This document shows, in pieces, positions 1-9,428 of a stretch of DNA of 64,000 bases. The translations under genes and the position numbers were made by a program. Position 1 is the stretch's first letter, and every line of letters starts with the position of its first letter. Location of the stretch: positions 1,824,001 to 1,888,000 of the forward strand of contig CBDDIJ010000002.1 of the NCBI GenBank assembly GCA_965228855.1, written 5' to 3'. The DNA comes from Candidatus Obscuribacterales bacterium. Lineage in GTDB: Bacteria > Cyanobacteriota > Vampirovibrionia > Obscuribacterales > Obscuribacteraceae. The notes under the pieces are model-generated. The model saw nothing but the letters and a program-made list of their open reading frames with translations, did not search any database and had not been told where the DNA came from.

Positions 1-1
1 A

Positions 2-574
2 TCGAGAAACCGTCCGCGCAATGCGCCAGAATTGTATGGTGGCCCTTATCCCTTCATACAAACTGGTGATATTGCGAACTCCGGCGGATATATCCGAGGT
101 TATCAACAGACTTACTCGGAGAAAGGCTTAGCTCAAAGTAAGTTATGGCCGGAGGGAACGTTATGTATCACCATCGCTGCAAACATCGGAAAGACGGCTA
201 TTCTGACATTTCCTGCATGTTTCCCAGACAGTGTTGTGGGCTTCTCGCCAAATAAAAAGACAACAACCGAGTTCATTCAATTTTGGCTTCAAATGATGCA
301 GAAGGAGATCGAGAGAAACGCTCCTGAGTCTGCACAAAAAAATATTAACTTGGAAATATTGCGAGAGCTTGACGTTGCGCTACCCCCAATTGGTCTGCAG
401 AAAAAGTTTGCAGTCACTGTTGGAGAAATTGAAAAAATGCGCATGCAGAACCTTGAGTCAGAACGCCAAGTGGAGGAGTTGTTTGACTCCTTAATGGATA
501 AGATTTTTGACAAGGACGACCTGACACAAAACACAAAACCTATTGCACGCGCTGCTGTAATCACCCCGGTGTAG
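2..574 (+). CDS. hsdS: Type I restriction-modification specificity subunit, C-terminal part (5' truncated by window)
   Basis: Frame open from base 2 (SRNRPRNAPELYGGPYPFIQTGD); TRD motifs ITIAANIGK, AQKNIN, LPPIGLQKKF followed by coiled coil. Confidence 0.9.
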   Translation, partial: SRNRPRNAPELYGGPYPFIQTGDIANSGGYIRGYQQTYSEKGLAQSKLWPEGTLCITIAANIGKTAILTFPACFPDSVVGFSPNKKTTTEFIQFWLQMMQKEIERNAPESAQKNINLEILRELDVALPPIGLQKKFAVTVGEIEKMRMQNLESERQVEELFDSLMDKIFDKDDLTQNTKPIARAAVITPV

Positions 575-889
575 TAGTCCAAAGAAAATTCCAATTACAG
601 CTGGCGAACCAACTTTGGCTATTCCCGATTCGCGGCATTTCAGGGTTTACCCTATGGTGCGATTTTCGAAAGCGGCGGTACGATAAATACATGGCGCTCG
701 ACGCGTCAATTTAACCCGAAGCAAGCTGAAGATACAGGCGCCTCGGGCTTTTTGTTTGACCAGATTTGACGCACATTTCTGGTTCTTCCTGCAAATTCTT
801 TTTGCTTCTTCAACTTTTGCGATCAGGCTTCGACATTACCTGAGCGCTATCTTCGTGCACCGTCAATGGTGCCTCATAAGGAGAACACA

Positions 890-1177
890 ATGTCAAACGA
901 CAGAAAACTAGAGGTCGTTCAGTCGACCGCAATCCCCGTAATCACACCAAGATTTCAATCAGATCTTCTTACGCGCCGCGAGGCAGCAGCATACCTCGGA
1001 GTAACCCCCGAAACGCTGGCTGTATGGGCTTCAACGAGGCGCTACCCACTCCGGTTTGTAAAAGTCGGAAGGTTAGCAAAATACAGAAAAGCTGATCTCG
1101 ATGCATTCATCAACAGCCGCACAGTCAGTTGCGGTTATCGAAATGGCGAAAACGAAATCGCCTGGAGGACATCATGA
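890..1177 (+). CDS. Excisionase-like HTH_17 DNA-binding protein
   Basis: LLTRREAAAYLGV..TL..W..KVGRL..YRKADLDAFI; RBS AAGGAG at 878-883 favours ATG 890. Confidence 0.85.
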   Translation: MSNDRKLEVVQSTAIPVITPRFQSDLLTRREAAAYLGVTPETLAVWASTRRYPLRFVKVGRLAKYRKADLDAFINSRTVSCGYRNGENEIAWRTS

Positions 1178-1398
1178 CAGATGCGAACAACCTTCAGCTC
1201 TTTACTGTACGTGATGCAGCAAAATTGCTCGATATGTCGGAACACACAATACGCAGATTAATCAAACAACGCAAGCTGCCAGTGGTTCGAATTGAACAGC
1301 GCATCATGCTCACCAGGAGCGGAATCGCACACCTAATCAAAAAGAACACTTACGCAATACCAAGCGTGTGTCCTAGAAGCGGAATCATCTTCCGCTAA
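1174..1398 (+). CDS. Excisionase-like HTH_17 DNA-binding protein
   Basis: FTVRDAAKLLDMSEHTIRRLIKQRKLPVVRI; ATGA overlap with previous stop, GGAGGA RBS. Confidence 0.8.
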   Translation: MTDANNLQLFTVRDAAKLLDMSEHTIRRLIKQRKLPVVRIEQRIMLTRSGIAHLIKKNTYAIPSVCPRSGIIFR

Positions 1399-1473
1399 TC
1401 GCTAAACAAAAACTTTTCGGGAGGAGAGGGCTGAAGTATTCAGCTCTCTCCTTCGCGCCTAAGGAGAAACACA

Positions 1474-1887
1474 ATGGAAAAACTCAACTTAAAAGACGCT
1501 GTTGCCTTCGGAAATTCAGCGTTTACGCGACTCGACCGAGCCGAAGCTCTCTACGAAGAACTCGTCGAAAAACTCTATGCGCTCGGTGAAGATGTCGCGA
1601 ATCGCATCGAATCACCTGAGCGCGTTGCCAATGCCCTCATCAAAGCTGCGCAAGCGCAAGTCGGACGACGAAATGGTTTCCGCCTCGCCGAAAAGGCGCT
1701 GACCACAGCATATCGAATCGTTGCGAAAATCGCTCCAGCAGATAATGCGCGCATCATCACAATCTACAAGCTTCTCGGTCACGTTTGTTGCAGACAAGGC
1801 AAGCACCGTGAAGCGATGAAATACAACGCGCTCGCCCTTGTACTGCAAGTCAACCCACAACCAATCTCAATACGGAGCGGGCAGTAA
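1474..1887 (+). CDS. Small TPR-like helical repeat protein
   Basis: AAGGAG RBS; TPR-like segments AEALYEEL, AEKALTTA, LGHVCCRQGKHREAMKY. Confidence 0.65.
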   Translation: MEKLNLKDAVAFGNSAFTRLDRAEALYEELVEKLYALGEDVANRIESPERVANALIKAAQAQVGRRNGFRLAEKALTTAYRIVAKIAPADNARIITIYKLLGHVCCRQGKHREAMKYNALALVLQVNPQPISIRSGQ

Positions 1888-1933
1888 TGCCCGCTCTTCT
1901 CGCTTGTTTCAAGCGCACCAAGAGGAACTGAAC

Positions 1934-3016
1934 ATGGCTAACATGGATTTTGAAGCCTGTTATCGAGCACTGGAACTACCGTTCGGTGCTGGTCTTAAAG
2001 AAATCAACGAACGCTGGCGCAAATTGTCGCGAATTCACCACCCTGATCGTCACGCGCGCAATCCGAACAACCATCAGATAGCACTTGAAAAACAAAAGCA
2101 ATTGAACAATGCGCGCGACATCCTGAAGAAATGGTTTGAGACGAACCCGCATGCAACCCCGCCCCGTAGCACGACTGGTTCTCAGCAGACGCAGAACAAA
2201 TCGGCGAACACGAATACATCAAGCAACAATGCCAACAAATCTCAATCAAACAACACGAACTCACAAACAGAACAAGGAACTCAAAGCAAACACCAATCGC
2301 ATGCGAGTCAAAATCAACGGCAAGCCAATTCGCAAGCGAAGTCGTCAACTTCATCGCAAGGAGCGTCGGCAAAGCCTCCAAATACTGGCTGGTTCGCGGC
2401 TTCCGAGTTAAAACTGACGCCGATGCAAGACCTTGTTGAGAAGATCGACAAACACTGCTGTCGCGGCACCGACCCATCTTTTGTCGGAATGATTCTTGCA
2501 TTCGCAGCCATCTTCGGACCGCTCTTCGTGATATCGGGAACGCTCGGCTCCATATTCCCTGAGCTGCCAGGACACTACCCAGATTGGCTGATGATGACGA
2601 TGTTAGGTGCCTCTGGTTGGTGCACATGCTACATCTTTCGTTGGTTCTTCGCAGAAGCTGAACTAATAAAGCTCCAGCAGAAAGAGATGTACTTCCGCAG
2701 TGGTCGCAGCCTCGGTGATACCGTTGACCTCGCGAAAAGCATCATCGAAAAGCACACCGTTCCAAATGGAAGCTGGAGGTTCGCCGCAACTGGTGGCGCT
2801 ACTGAAGCAACGCTACACTTCGAAGAAGAAGTCTTTCCTGAAGTGAAGCGCTCTCGTTGCTTGAAGATTCGCTTCGAAGCCAGACATGGAGCCTACGCAG
2901 TGGTATTCGCAATGCAAGTCAAAGCGACTTCACCGATCAACTCCTTCTCCTGTAAGCGAGTTGCGGAAAATGTTGTTACTGACCTCAAGAAAGAGCTGCA
3001 AGAAATAGCAGCCTAA
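1934..3016 (+). CDS. J-domain (DnaJ-type) protein with Q/N/S-rich linker, two TM helices and C-terminal alpha/beta domain
   Basis: YRALEL...WRKLSRIHHPDR...LNNARDIL J-domain with intact HPD; hydrophobic helices; GAGG RBS before ATG 1934. Confidence 0.85.
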   Translation: MANMDFEACYRALELPFGAGLKEINERWRKLSRIHHPDRHARNPNNHQIALEKQKQLNNARDILKKWFETNPHATPPRSTTGSQQTQNKSANTNTSSNNANKSQSNNTNSQTEQGTQSKHQSHASQNQRQANSQAKSSTSSQGASAKPPNTGWFAASELKLTPMQDLVEKIDKHCCRGTDPSFVGMILAFAAIFGPLFVISGTLGSIFPELPGHYPDWLMMTMLGASGWCTCYIFRWFFAEAELIKLQQKEMYFRSGRSLGDTVDLAKSIIEKHTVPNGSWRFAATGGATEATLHFEEEVFPEVKRSRCLKIRFEARHGAYAVVFAMQVKATSPINSFSCKRVAENVVTDLKKELQEIAA

Positions 3017-3026
3017 AAACTCATCG

Positions 3027-3060
3027 ACGGGCTCGGCTGGATGCCGGGTCCGTTTCTTTT
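3027..3060 (+). terminator. Rho-independent terminator
   Basis: ACGGGCTCGGC/GCCGGGTCCGT stem followed by TTCTTTT, just after the J-domain gene. Confidence 0.7.
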
Positions 3061-3721
3061 ACTAGTCCTTGAATGAACCTGACGACCCGTCTTGACTCGC
3101 CCCGCTTTCTCACTTTGCGAGCGAAGGCGGGCGATAGACGGCAGATGCAAAACAAGCGCGCCTTCGCCCTGGAGATTTTAGCGGAGCGGTCAAGACACAC
3201 AGGGCAAGCAAAGCAGCGCGCTGATGCACCCGTCTCGATCATTTCCGCTCAGGACAAACGAATCCGGCAGTAGCACCGCGAACTTCTTCGCTTGCCCGGC
3301 TGGGGCGCAGTGACTGTGACTCTTGGTTGCACTCCGGCCGTTCCTGCCATGAGGCTGTGTTTCCGCGCCTGCTGCCACTGCGTACCTTTGTGATTTTCGG
3401 CCGCTGACGACCAGTTCCCGCCGAATGTACTTCGTTTGTTCTCGCCATATTGACTACGCTCTTCTTCCGCAACCGGGCAGCACGCCTTGTTATCTGCACC
3501 GACGGAAACCGGAGCGCACACCGACAAGCCCGTCCGAGAACGAGTTGAGGCAATTGGCGACCACCGGTGCATGTCTTAACGTGCCGACAGTGACACAACT
3601 TTTTGCTTGCTGCAATGGCAAACCCTAAAGGGCGCTGCGCGTCCATGCAGCATCAAAAAGCGCATGCGCGGCTGACGCTTGTGTCTTTTTCCGAGGCACT
3701 AACACGCACTGGAGGTGCCAA

Positions 3722-4078
3722 ATGAACAACTCAATCACCATCGTCGGACATGTCGGACAAGCTCCCCACACAGTCTCTTTCGGAGACACCGGCAACAAGG
3801 TCGTGAAATTCTCAGTTGCGGTAAAAGAGTTTTCTTCCAATACCGACGAAGACAAAACAATGTGGATCGACATTGACGCCTGGAACGGTCTTGGTGAGCG
3901 CGTCTTGAAGAGCATCACAAAGGGACGCGAAGTAGTGGTAAATGGCCGGCTAGCGATAAGCACATATCCCAAGGAAGTAAACGGTGTCAAAGTGCAAATG
4001 ACAAAGCCAGTCATTAAGCTCACCAGCTTCCACCTCTGTGGCAAGAAGCCAGCTCGGGATGAGGCGCAGTCTGCCTAG
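3722..4078 (+). CDS. ssb: Single-stranded DNA-binding protein (short, no acidic tail)
   Basis: MNNSITIVGHVGQAP, KFSVAV, W....W, KGREVVVNGRL OB-fold motifs; GGAGGT RBS. Confidence 0.9.
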   Translation: MNNSITIVGHVGQAPHTVSFGDTGNKVVKFSVAVKEFSSNTDEDKTMWIDIDAWNGLGERVLKSITKGREVVVNGRLAISTYPKEVNGVKVQMTKPVIKLTSFHLCGKKPARDEAQSA

Positions 4079-4430
4079 TTCTCTATCCATAAGCGGAATC
4101 GAAGCAGGGGCTACGGTCCCTGCTAATTCCTTTTTCTTTTTGCTTCATGTGCTGTCGTCACTGCTTCTCGTAGCCGCACTTAAGTATCGCCCCGCAGTAG
4201 TTATGTGGATATTCGAATGCGATAACGCAGTGCCTGGCTCGTATCGCCATCAGTCGCAGCAGCACTTTGTCTTAGCGTTTCTATTTCCTTGAGTTTACGA
4301 GGTCGGCGCCACCGCGCGTCAAGCGCATCGCAGCACATTTCTCTCCACTCTTACATCTCCGCTTGACCCACGGAGCCAACCCCGTGCCCCGGTTTTGAGG
4401 CGAAACGCCGCACTAACCAGAGGTATGCAC

Positions 4431-5252
4431 ATGGAAAAGAAATACGGTCTTGAGTTGACCAACAACAGCAAGGCATCTTGGGCCTTCAGCTTGCCGCGCA
4501 GCGCTACTTGCATCGGCGCGACGGACATCTGCAAAAAGGTTTGTTATGGAAACGGAGTTCGGTATCGAACAAGCGGACAGAAAGCCCGTCGGGAACGCAA
4601 CCTTCGCACAATTGAACTTCTCTTGGCGAACGGGGGTCCCGAACGTCTCGCAGAAAATCTCATCGCGCTCATCGACACAGTTAGACCGAACGACTGGCTT
4701 GCAGCCTCGATAACCGGCACCCAGACCCAGACACCTTGGACACTGCGCATTCATGATGTTGGTGATTTCCATTCGCCGGAATACGTCAACGCATGGTTGC
4801 TCGCAGTTGAGCAGCGTCCGCTGTGCTCGTTCTGGTTCTATACGAGAAGTTTTTCCGATAAGCAGATCTTTGATGCAATGACTGAATTGGCATCAGCCGA
4901 GAATTGCAAGGGTTGGCTCAGTATCGATTCGGACAACTTCAATTCGGGCTTGCTTGCGTATGCGCAACGCCCAGGCGCATGGCAACTTGCATTGCTACAG
5001 GAGACTGAAGAACAGCTAGATTCGCAAGTGTTGCCAGCTATCGACAAATTTCTGCAAGCAAGGGAAGTTGTCTCCTTTCCGATTCATCGCGGTGGACACC
5101 ACGCTGAACTGATTCAGCATCCGGCGCTATTCACTTGCCCAGCGGTGATCGGCGTGCACAAATTACAGCCTGATTCGCACAAGCTGAGACCGTGCCAATC
5201 ATGCACATTCTGTTTGCCTTCACTTCCGAATTCCCTGGAGGTGAGAGCATGA
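4431..5252 (+). CDS. GP88-like Cys-rich protein (radical-SAM-like appearance)
   Basis: FSLP..TCIGATDICKKVCY, RIHDVGDF, FWFYTRS and C-terminal CP..C..C..C; GAGGT RBS. Confidence 0.7.
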   Translation: MEKKYGLELTNNSKASWAFSLPRSATCIGATDICKKVCYGNGVRYRTSGQKARRERNLRTIELLLANGGPERLAENLIALIDTVRPNDWLAASITGTQTQTPWTLRIHDVGDFHSPEYVNAWLLAVEQRPLCSFWFYTRSFSDKQIFDAMTELASAENCKGWLSIDSDNFNSGLLAYAQRPGAWQLALLQETEEQLDSQVLPAIDKFLQAREVVSFPIHRGGHHAELIQHPALFTCPAVIGVHKLQPDSHKLRPCQSCTFCLPSLPNSLEVRA

Positions 5253-5716
5253 ATAGCCGCACCTTGAAAAAACATCTCAAATACATCGTGCCTGAAATGC
5301 GTTTGGCTCTCATCAAAGAGCCCGGCGGAAAGCCTGTTCCTGTCGGCACACCGGCTGATCTTGAACAGTTTGTCGCGCCGTTGAAATTCTACTCGGAAGA
5401 GCATTTCGTGGCATTCCACCTCGATGCAAAAAATCAAGTTATCGGATACCACGTTGTCTCGCACGGCACCGTATCATCTAGCCTCGTGCACCCCCGCGAG
5501 GTTTTCAAAGCCGCACTGCTGGCTAACTCCCACGCCATGATCGTCGCGCATAATCATCCAACTGGTTCGCTCTCACCGAGCGATGAAGATATCGATGTTA
5601 CGCGCACACTGATCAAAGCCGGTGAATTGATAGGCATAAACGTGATTGACCACATCATTGTCAGTTCCAACGGCTTATGCAGTCTGCGTGAGACGCGAAG
5701 TTACTTGTGGCCGTAG
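5249..5716 (+). CDS. radC: RadC-like JAB domain protein
   Basis: VHPREVFK, AHNHPTG..PSDED, DHIIV; ATGA overlap with upstream stop. Confidence 0.9.
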   Translation: MNSRTLKKHLKYIVPEMRLALIKEPGGKPVPVGTPADLEQFVAPLKFYSEEHFVAFHLDAKNQVIGYHVVSHGTVSSSLVHPREVFKAALLANSHAMIVAHNHPTGSLSPSDEDIDVTRTLIKAGELIGINVIDHIIVSSNGLCSLRETRSYLWP

Positions 5717-5735
5717 ACGCAGGTGGATAAATACA

Positions 5736-5766
5736 AAGCAGCCCACCAACTAAGGGTGGGCTGCTT
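5736..5766. terminator. Hairpin between convergent genes, probable terminator
   Basis: AAGCAGCCCACC/GGTGGGCTGCTT perfect stem. Confidence 0.65.
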
Positions 5767-5863
5767 ATACACTTTATAGAAAACTTGGTGGGAACGCTCA
5801 GAAGTCGACACGGAATAAGATTAGTTGAGCGAGACGGATACAGCGCTTGTTAGCGCAGCTGAC

Positions 5864-6193
5864 TTATGACACCAGGGGCGGTGTCTTACGTCTCACTGGC
5901 GGAAAGCGGACCACTTTGGATTCGCTTTTGACTGGCTGTTCTCTAGGTTCGGCGGCATTGCGCTTGCACCCGGTGCACAGCCTAACCTCGTCGTCTGTCA
6001 TTCTTGACAGTACGGTGAATAGATGATCTGTCTTCGTCTTTGCCGAAAGGCAATCGTAAACCCAATCCATTCGGGTTACGGGGACGATACAAACGAGATT
6101 GTTATCGGCGTCAATGATGGCGCCGACCGTAGAATCAAACCCTTTTACTTCTTTAGGGTTTCGCTTGGTGACCAAGGTCAGTTTAATTTCCAA
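5864..6193 (-). CDS. Hypothetical protein
   Basis: 109-aa ORF with GGAGGA RBS upstream; no recognisable motif. Confidence 0.5.
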   Translation of the reverse strand: MEIKLTLVTKRNPKEVKGFDSTVGAIIDADNNLVCIVPVTRMDWVYDCLSAKTKTDHLFTVLSRMTDDEVRLCTGCKRNAAEPREQPVKSESKVVRFPPVRRKTPPLVS

Positions 6194-6443
6194 TTTTCGA
6201 TCCTCCAGAGACTTGCATCTCTTTTCAATAGCCGTCGGCGCATCTCAAAGCGCCGCTAACGACTGGAAAGCGTGCTCGACTTCTGGGGCGTTTCTTTTTG
6301 GCGAGTGGTATGCCACTCGTTCCACCGATACCAGTGTCTCAAATCGAAGGCATCTGAACTACAGGAAAAACCCCGGGAACATTTCTGCGATGGCCGCGTC
6401 AGGTGCGAGTCAAGGCGATGTTCAGCAGCCCGCGCCCTGGTCA

Positions 6444-6800
6444 CTATTGCTTATATGCGGATTCGGCCGTACCTTCGTCCAAGTTGATCGTGATCATTTC
6501 CGGCTTGTCTTCGTACATTTGAATTTTAAGAAGCGAACCCTCATCGGTCTTCTGCACAGCTTCTATCTGCCCTAAGAACTTGTATTGGCGTACCTTTTCA
6601 GCTCCGCCGATTTGGCCCCCAGCGGAAGAAATACTCACGTCGAGCCATTTGGCTGACTTCCATAGCAGCTCAAGGGACTCGAATGAATGTTGATCTGGTG
6701 GGACTGTTATCGTGCAGATTCGTTCTTGCACGTTCCAATTCAGGTGAGTAAATCCGCCTATTTTCAAGGACTGGTCTGCCAGGGGTTTTTCGTTCGTCAT
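6444..6800 (-). CDS. Hypothetical protein
   Basis: ORF with AGGAG RBS before ATG at 6800 (MTNEKP); globular composition. Confidence 0.5.
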   Translation of the reverse strand: MTNEKPLADQSLKIGGFTHLNWNVQERICTITVPPDQHSFESLELLWKSAKWLDVSISSAGGQIGGAEKVRQYKFLGQIEAVQKTDEGSLLKIQMYEDKPEMITINLDEGTAESAYKQ

Positions 6801-7121
6801 TGTGCCTGCTCCTGAAGAGCAGTCGATCTTATCGCACCTTGGCGCGCGGCTGAGCGGGCAGCGAAGCCGAACCGGCGACGCGTATAACAAAGCTGGCCGT
6901 AAGCGCATCTTCAGGAAAATAAAATACATGGCGCCGGTGGATAAGCAGAAGGTAAGGGATTTGTCCAGTTGATTAGTCCTTCATCCTCCTCCCTAGTTGG
7001 GGTTCTTGTTTACCTTCGCCCAACCGTGTGACCGCCCCGCTTACTCCATCCACCGACTATTCAGGTTTCCCTGCGTGCTTCTATTGTCTGATGTTATTTA
7101 CTCAGGGCGCAAGCCTGTGCA

Positions 7122-7243
7122 ATTATGTTTTGGGTGCAATATGTGCCCCCAGAGGGCACGTTTTGCCCTTAAAGGATAACTGCGGTTATTATTTGGGTGT
7201 ATAATGTGTCCTGGGAGGGCACACTATGCGCCCAAATGATAAC
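7122..7243 (+). promoter_or_regulatory. Two long imperfect palindromes overlapping -10 (TATAAT 7200-7205) and start codon; probable AbiEi autoregulatory operators
   Basis: Palindromes 7122-7180 and 7185-7243 with ~26-28 bp arms sharing TTTGGGTG...TGTG(C/T)CC. Confidence 0.7.
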
Positions 7244-8059
7244 TCACTAAAAACCTTGGGGTCGCAGTCAGCAAAGCTTATCGCGGCACTCTATGACTTA
7301 GGTCGCGAAATATTCGGCTTTGAAGACGTCTGTGAACTTACCGGACTTCCCGATGACTCTGCGCGAAGCCTCGTCCGTAAGCTCGTCCGGCGAGGTGTTG
7401 TGACCAGGCTCAAACCGGGACTCTTTCAGCTAGTCCCGTTCCAGCTCGGATCTGAAGCGCAGTTCGTTGGCAACCCATATATCGTTGCCCGAGCACTGAT
7501 TCAGCCTCATCCGTACTATATTTCGCATGCGTCTGCCATGGACATCCATGGCATGCTTACGCAGCCGCAGTTTGTAGTGTACGTCACGTCGCTCGTTCGA
7601 CGCCGTCCAATGAGTGTTCACGGATATGACTATCGTTTCGTTAGAACAAAGCCAGAACACTTCTTCGGAATTACACAGCAGTGGGTGGACAAACACGAGC
7701 AAGTGCTGGTAAGCGATTTGGAAAAAACCATTGTTGATGCGCTAAAACAGCCTGAGCACTGTGGCGGCTTTACGGAAATCGCAAAAGCATTTTGGATTCG
7801 CAGGTCGGATATGGATATTGAGAAACTGGCAGACTACGCATTACGGCTCGATGTTAGCATCGTTGCGCGCAGACTCGGTTTCATGTTCGAAGTATTCAAC
7901 GTGAAGGATTCGGCTGCAATAGAGCGTCTCCAGGCAAAGGCAACGCGACCATATTTACTGCTTGATCCCATACTGCCGAGCGAAGGCAGCTACCAATCGC
8001 GTTGGAAGCTGCGGGTAAACGTTGAACCTGATGAAATACGTGCACTTGTAAGGACATAA
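7226..8059 (+). CDS. abiEi: Type IV TA antitoxin, AbiEi family
   Basis: N-terminal wHTH (RLKPGLF), YYISHASA..HG, VSDLEKTIVD, RRLGF. Confidence 0.88.
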   Translation: MRPNDNSLKTLGSQSAKLIAALYDLGREIFGFEDVCELTGLPDDSARSLVRKLVRRGVVTRLKPGLFQLVPFQLGSEAQFVGNPYIVARALIQPHPYYISHASAMDIHGMLTQPQFVVYVTSLVRRRPMSVHGYDYRFVRTKPEHFFGITQQWVDKHEQVLVSDLEKTIVDALKQPEHCGGFTEIAKAFWIRRSDMDIEKLADYALRLDVSIVARRLGFMFEVFNVKDSAAIERLQAKATRPYLLLDPILPSEGSYQSRWKLRVNVEPDEIRALVRT

Positions 8060-8902
8060 ATGATCCCTCAACGCAACATTTCCGTTTTAGCGAATCGCTT
8101 GGCCGCAGGCGGTGCACGCCGAATTCCAGAAGCCGTGCTGGAAAGAGATTATTGCATCGCTTGGTTTTTAGTCGGAGCATCGCGAACGAATCTACCAAAG
8201 ATGCTTGCGTTCAAAGGCGGAACAGCTCTGAAACGTTGTTACTTTGCGGATTACCGTTTTTCAGAGGATCTTGATTTTACACTTTTGCCCAATGCAAAAC
8301 TTGAAGATGCATTAAAGGAATTCGAGGCAGCATATGCCGAAACCCACAAAGCATCAGGCATCACGATTCGTCATTCACGGGATGAAGCAGAGCAGGGGGT
8401 CAACAGCCACACTTTCTACATAGCCTACGAAGGGCCACTTCCGGCAACGCGGAATGCCAAAGAGATCAAGGTGGACATCACACTGACGGAAAAGCTTGTA
8501 TTCGACCTTGAGAGCAGACCCGTGTTGCGTTCCTATGAGGAGTTCTCTGATCTGCCGGAGGACGCCGTCATCACCGTGTACAGTCTCAACGAAATTGCAG
8601 CGGAAAAGACCGTGGCACTGCTCGATAGAGCACGAACAGAACCTCGTGATTTGTATGACTTGTGCTTTCTGACAGAAGGCGGATACGTTAAGCTCGAAGA
8701 AATCGATCACGCGATACATGAGAAGCTCGCGTTCAGAGGCAAGAAGCTGGCGGAGGTCGCGCCGAATTTCAAGAACAAGGAAGCCCGTCTCAAAGCCCTG
8801 TGGACTGGCAGACTTGCTCACCAGATGATCACGCTCCCACATTTCGAAGAGACATATCGTTCTGTGCAGCGTTCCCTGCGGCAGGCTGGAATTACCGACT
8901 AA
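8060..8902 (+). CDS. abiEii: Type IV TA toxin, AbiEii/AbiGii nucleotidyltransferase
   Basis: LERDY, FKGGTALK..Y...RFSEDLDF, AEK, RDLYD; starts immediately after the antitoxin stop. Confidence 0.92.
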   Translation: MIPQRNISVLANRLAAGGARRIPEAVLERDYCIAWFLVGASRTNLPKMLAFKGGTALKRCYFADYRFSEDLDFTLLPNAKLEDALKEFEAAYAETHKASGITIRHSRDEAEQGVNSHTFYIAYEGPLPATRNAKEIKVDITLTEKLVFDLESRPVLRSYEEFSDLPEDAVITVYSLNEIAAEKTVALLDRARTEPRDLYDLCFLTEGGYVKLEEIDHAIHEKLAFRGKKLAEVAPNFKNKEARLKALWTGRLAHQMITLPHFEETYRSVQRSLRQAGITD

Positions 8903-8942
8903 CTATCCTTTACCCTAGGCCAAGGACCGGCAAAAATCCCTA

Positions 8943-8973
8943 TTGACAGAAAATCGAAACCGCACGCTACAAT
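8943..8973 (+). promoter_or_regulatory. Sigma70-like promoter
   Basis: TTGACA (8943-8948) and TACAAT (8968-8973) with a long 19-bp spacer. Confidence 0.5.
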
Positions 8974-9166
8974 GGAATTGTGCACTGAAATTGATGGCGC
9001 TGCAGCGACTTAGTCGGACCATCAACATCAAATATCGATTCCGCGCTCAAATCATTTTGTTGGTTTGAGCGTTTTTGCAACAAGTTTTCTCTTCTTACAC
9101 AAGACGCGCGTACACGATTAATCCGCCGTGCGCCGTACTCGTGCAAACACCTAAAGGATCAGACCA

Positions 9167-9427
9167 ATGAAAAACAATGAACACACCCCGTATGGAGTGA
9201 GCGCAGCTAACTCCATTCTCTTAACGCGCAGAGAAGCCGCCGCCTATCTGGGAGTTGCAGAGCAAACACTCGCGGTCTGGAAATGTACCGGACGTAGATC
9301 TCTGCCCTTCGTTAAAATCGGCCGCTTAGTTCGATACAGAAAAGCCGATCTCGACGCTTTCATCCTCGAACATCTTCAAGACTTTGAACAAGTCTCAATG
9401 CCTAAAACAAAGCAATTGGAGAACTAA
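9167..9427 (+). CDS. Excisionase-like HTH_17 protein, paralog of 890-1177
   Basis: LLTRREAAAYLGVAEQTLAVW...KIGRLVRYRKADLDAFI. Confidence 0.85.
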   Translation: MKNNEHTPYGVSAANSILLTRREAAAYLGVAEQTLAVWKCTGRRSLPFVKIGRLVRYRKADLDAFILEHLQDFEQVSMPKTKQLEN

Positions 9428-9428
9428 C

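Noticed and set aside
3021..3646. Several short overlapping ORFs before ssb
   Set aside because: Arg/Ala-rich translations in multiple frames of GC-rich hairpin DNA, with no motifs
6256..6444. 62-aa ORF overlapping the upstream stop
   Set aside because: No RBS or motif support; cannot be distinguished from chance
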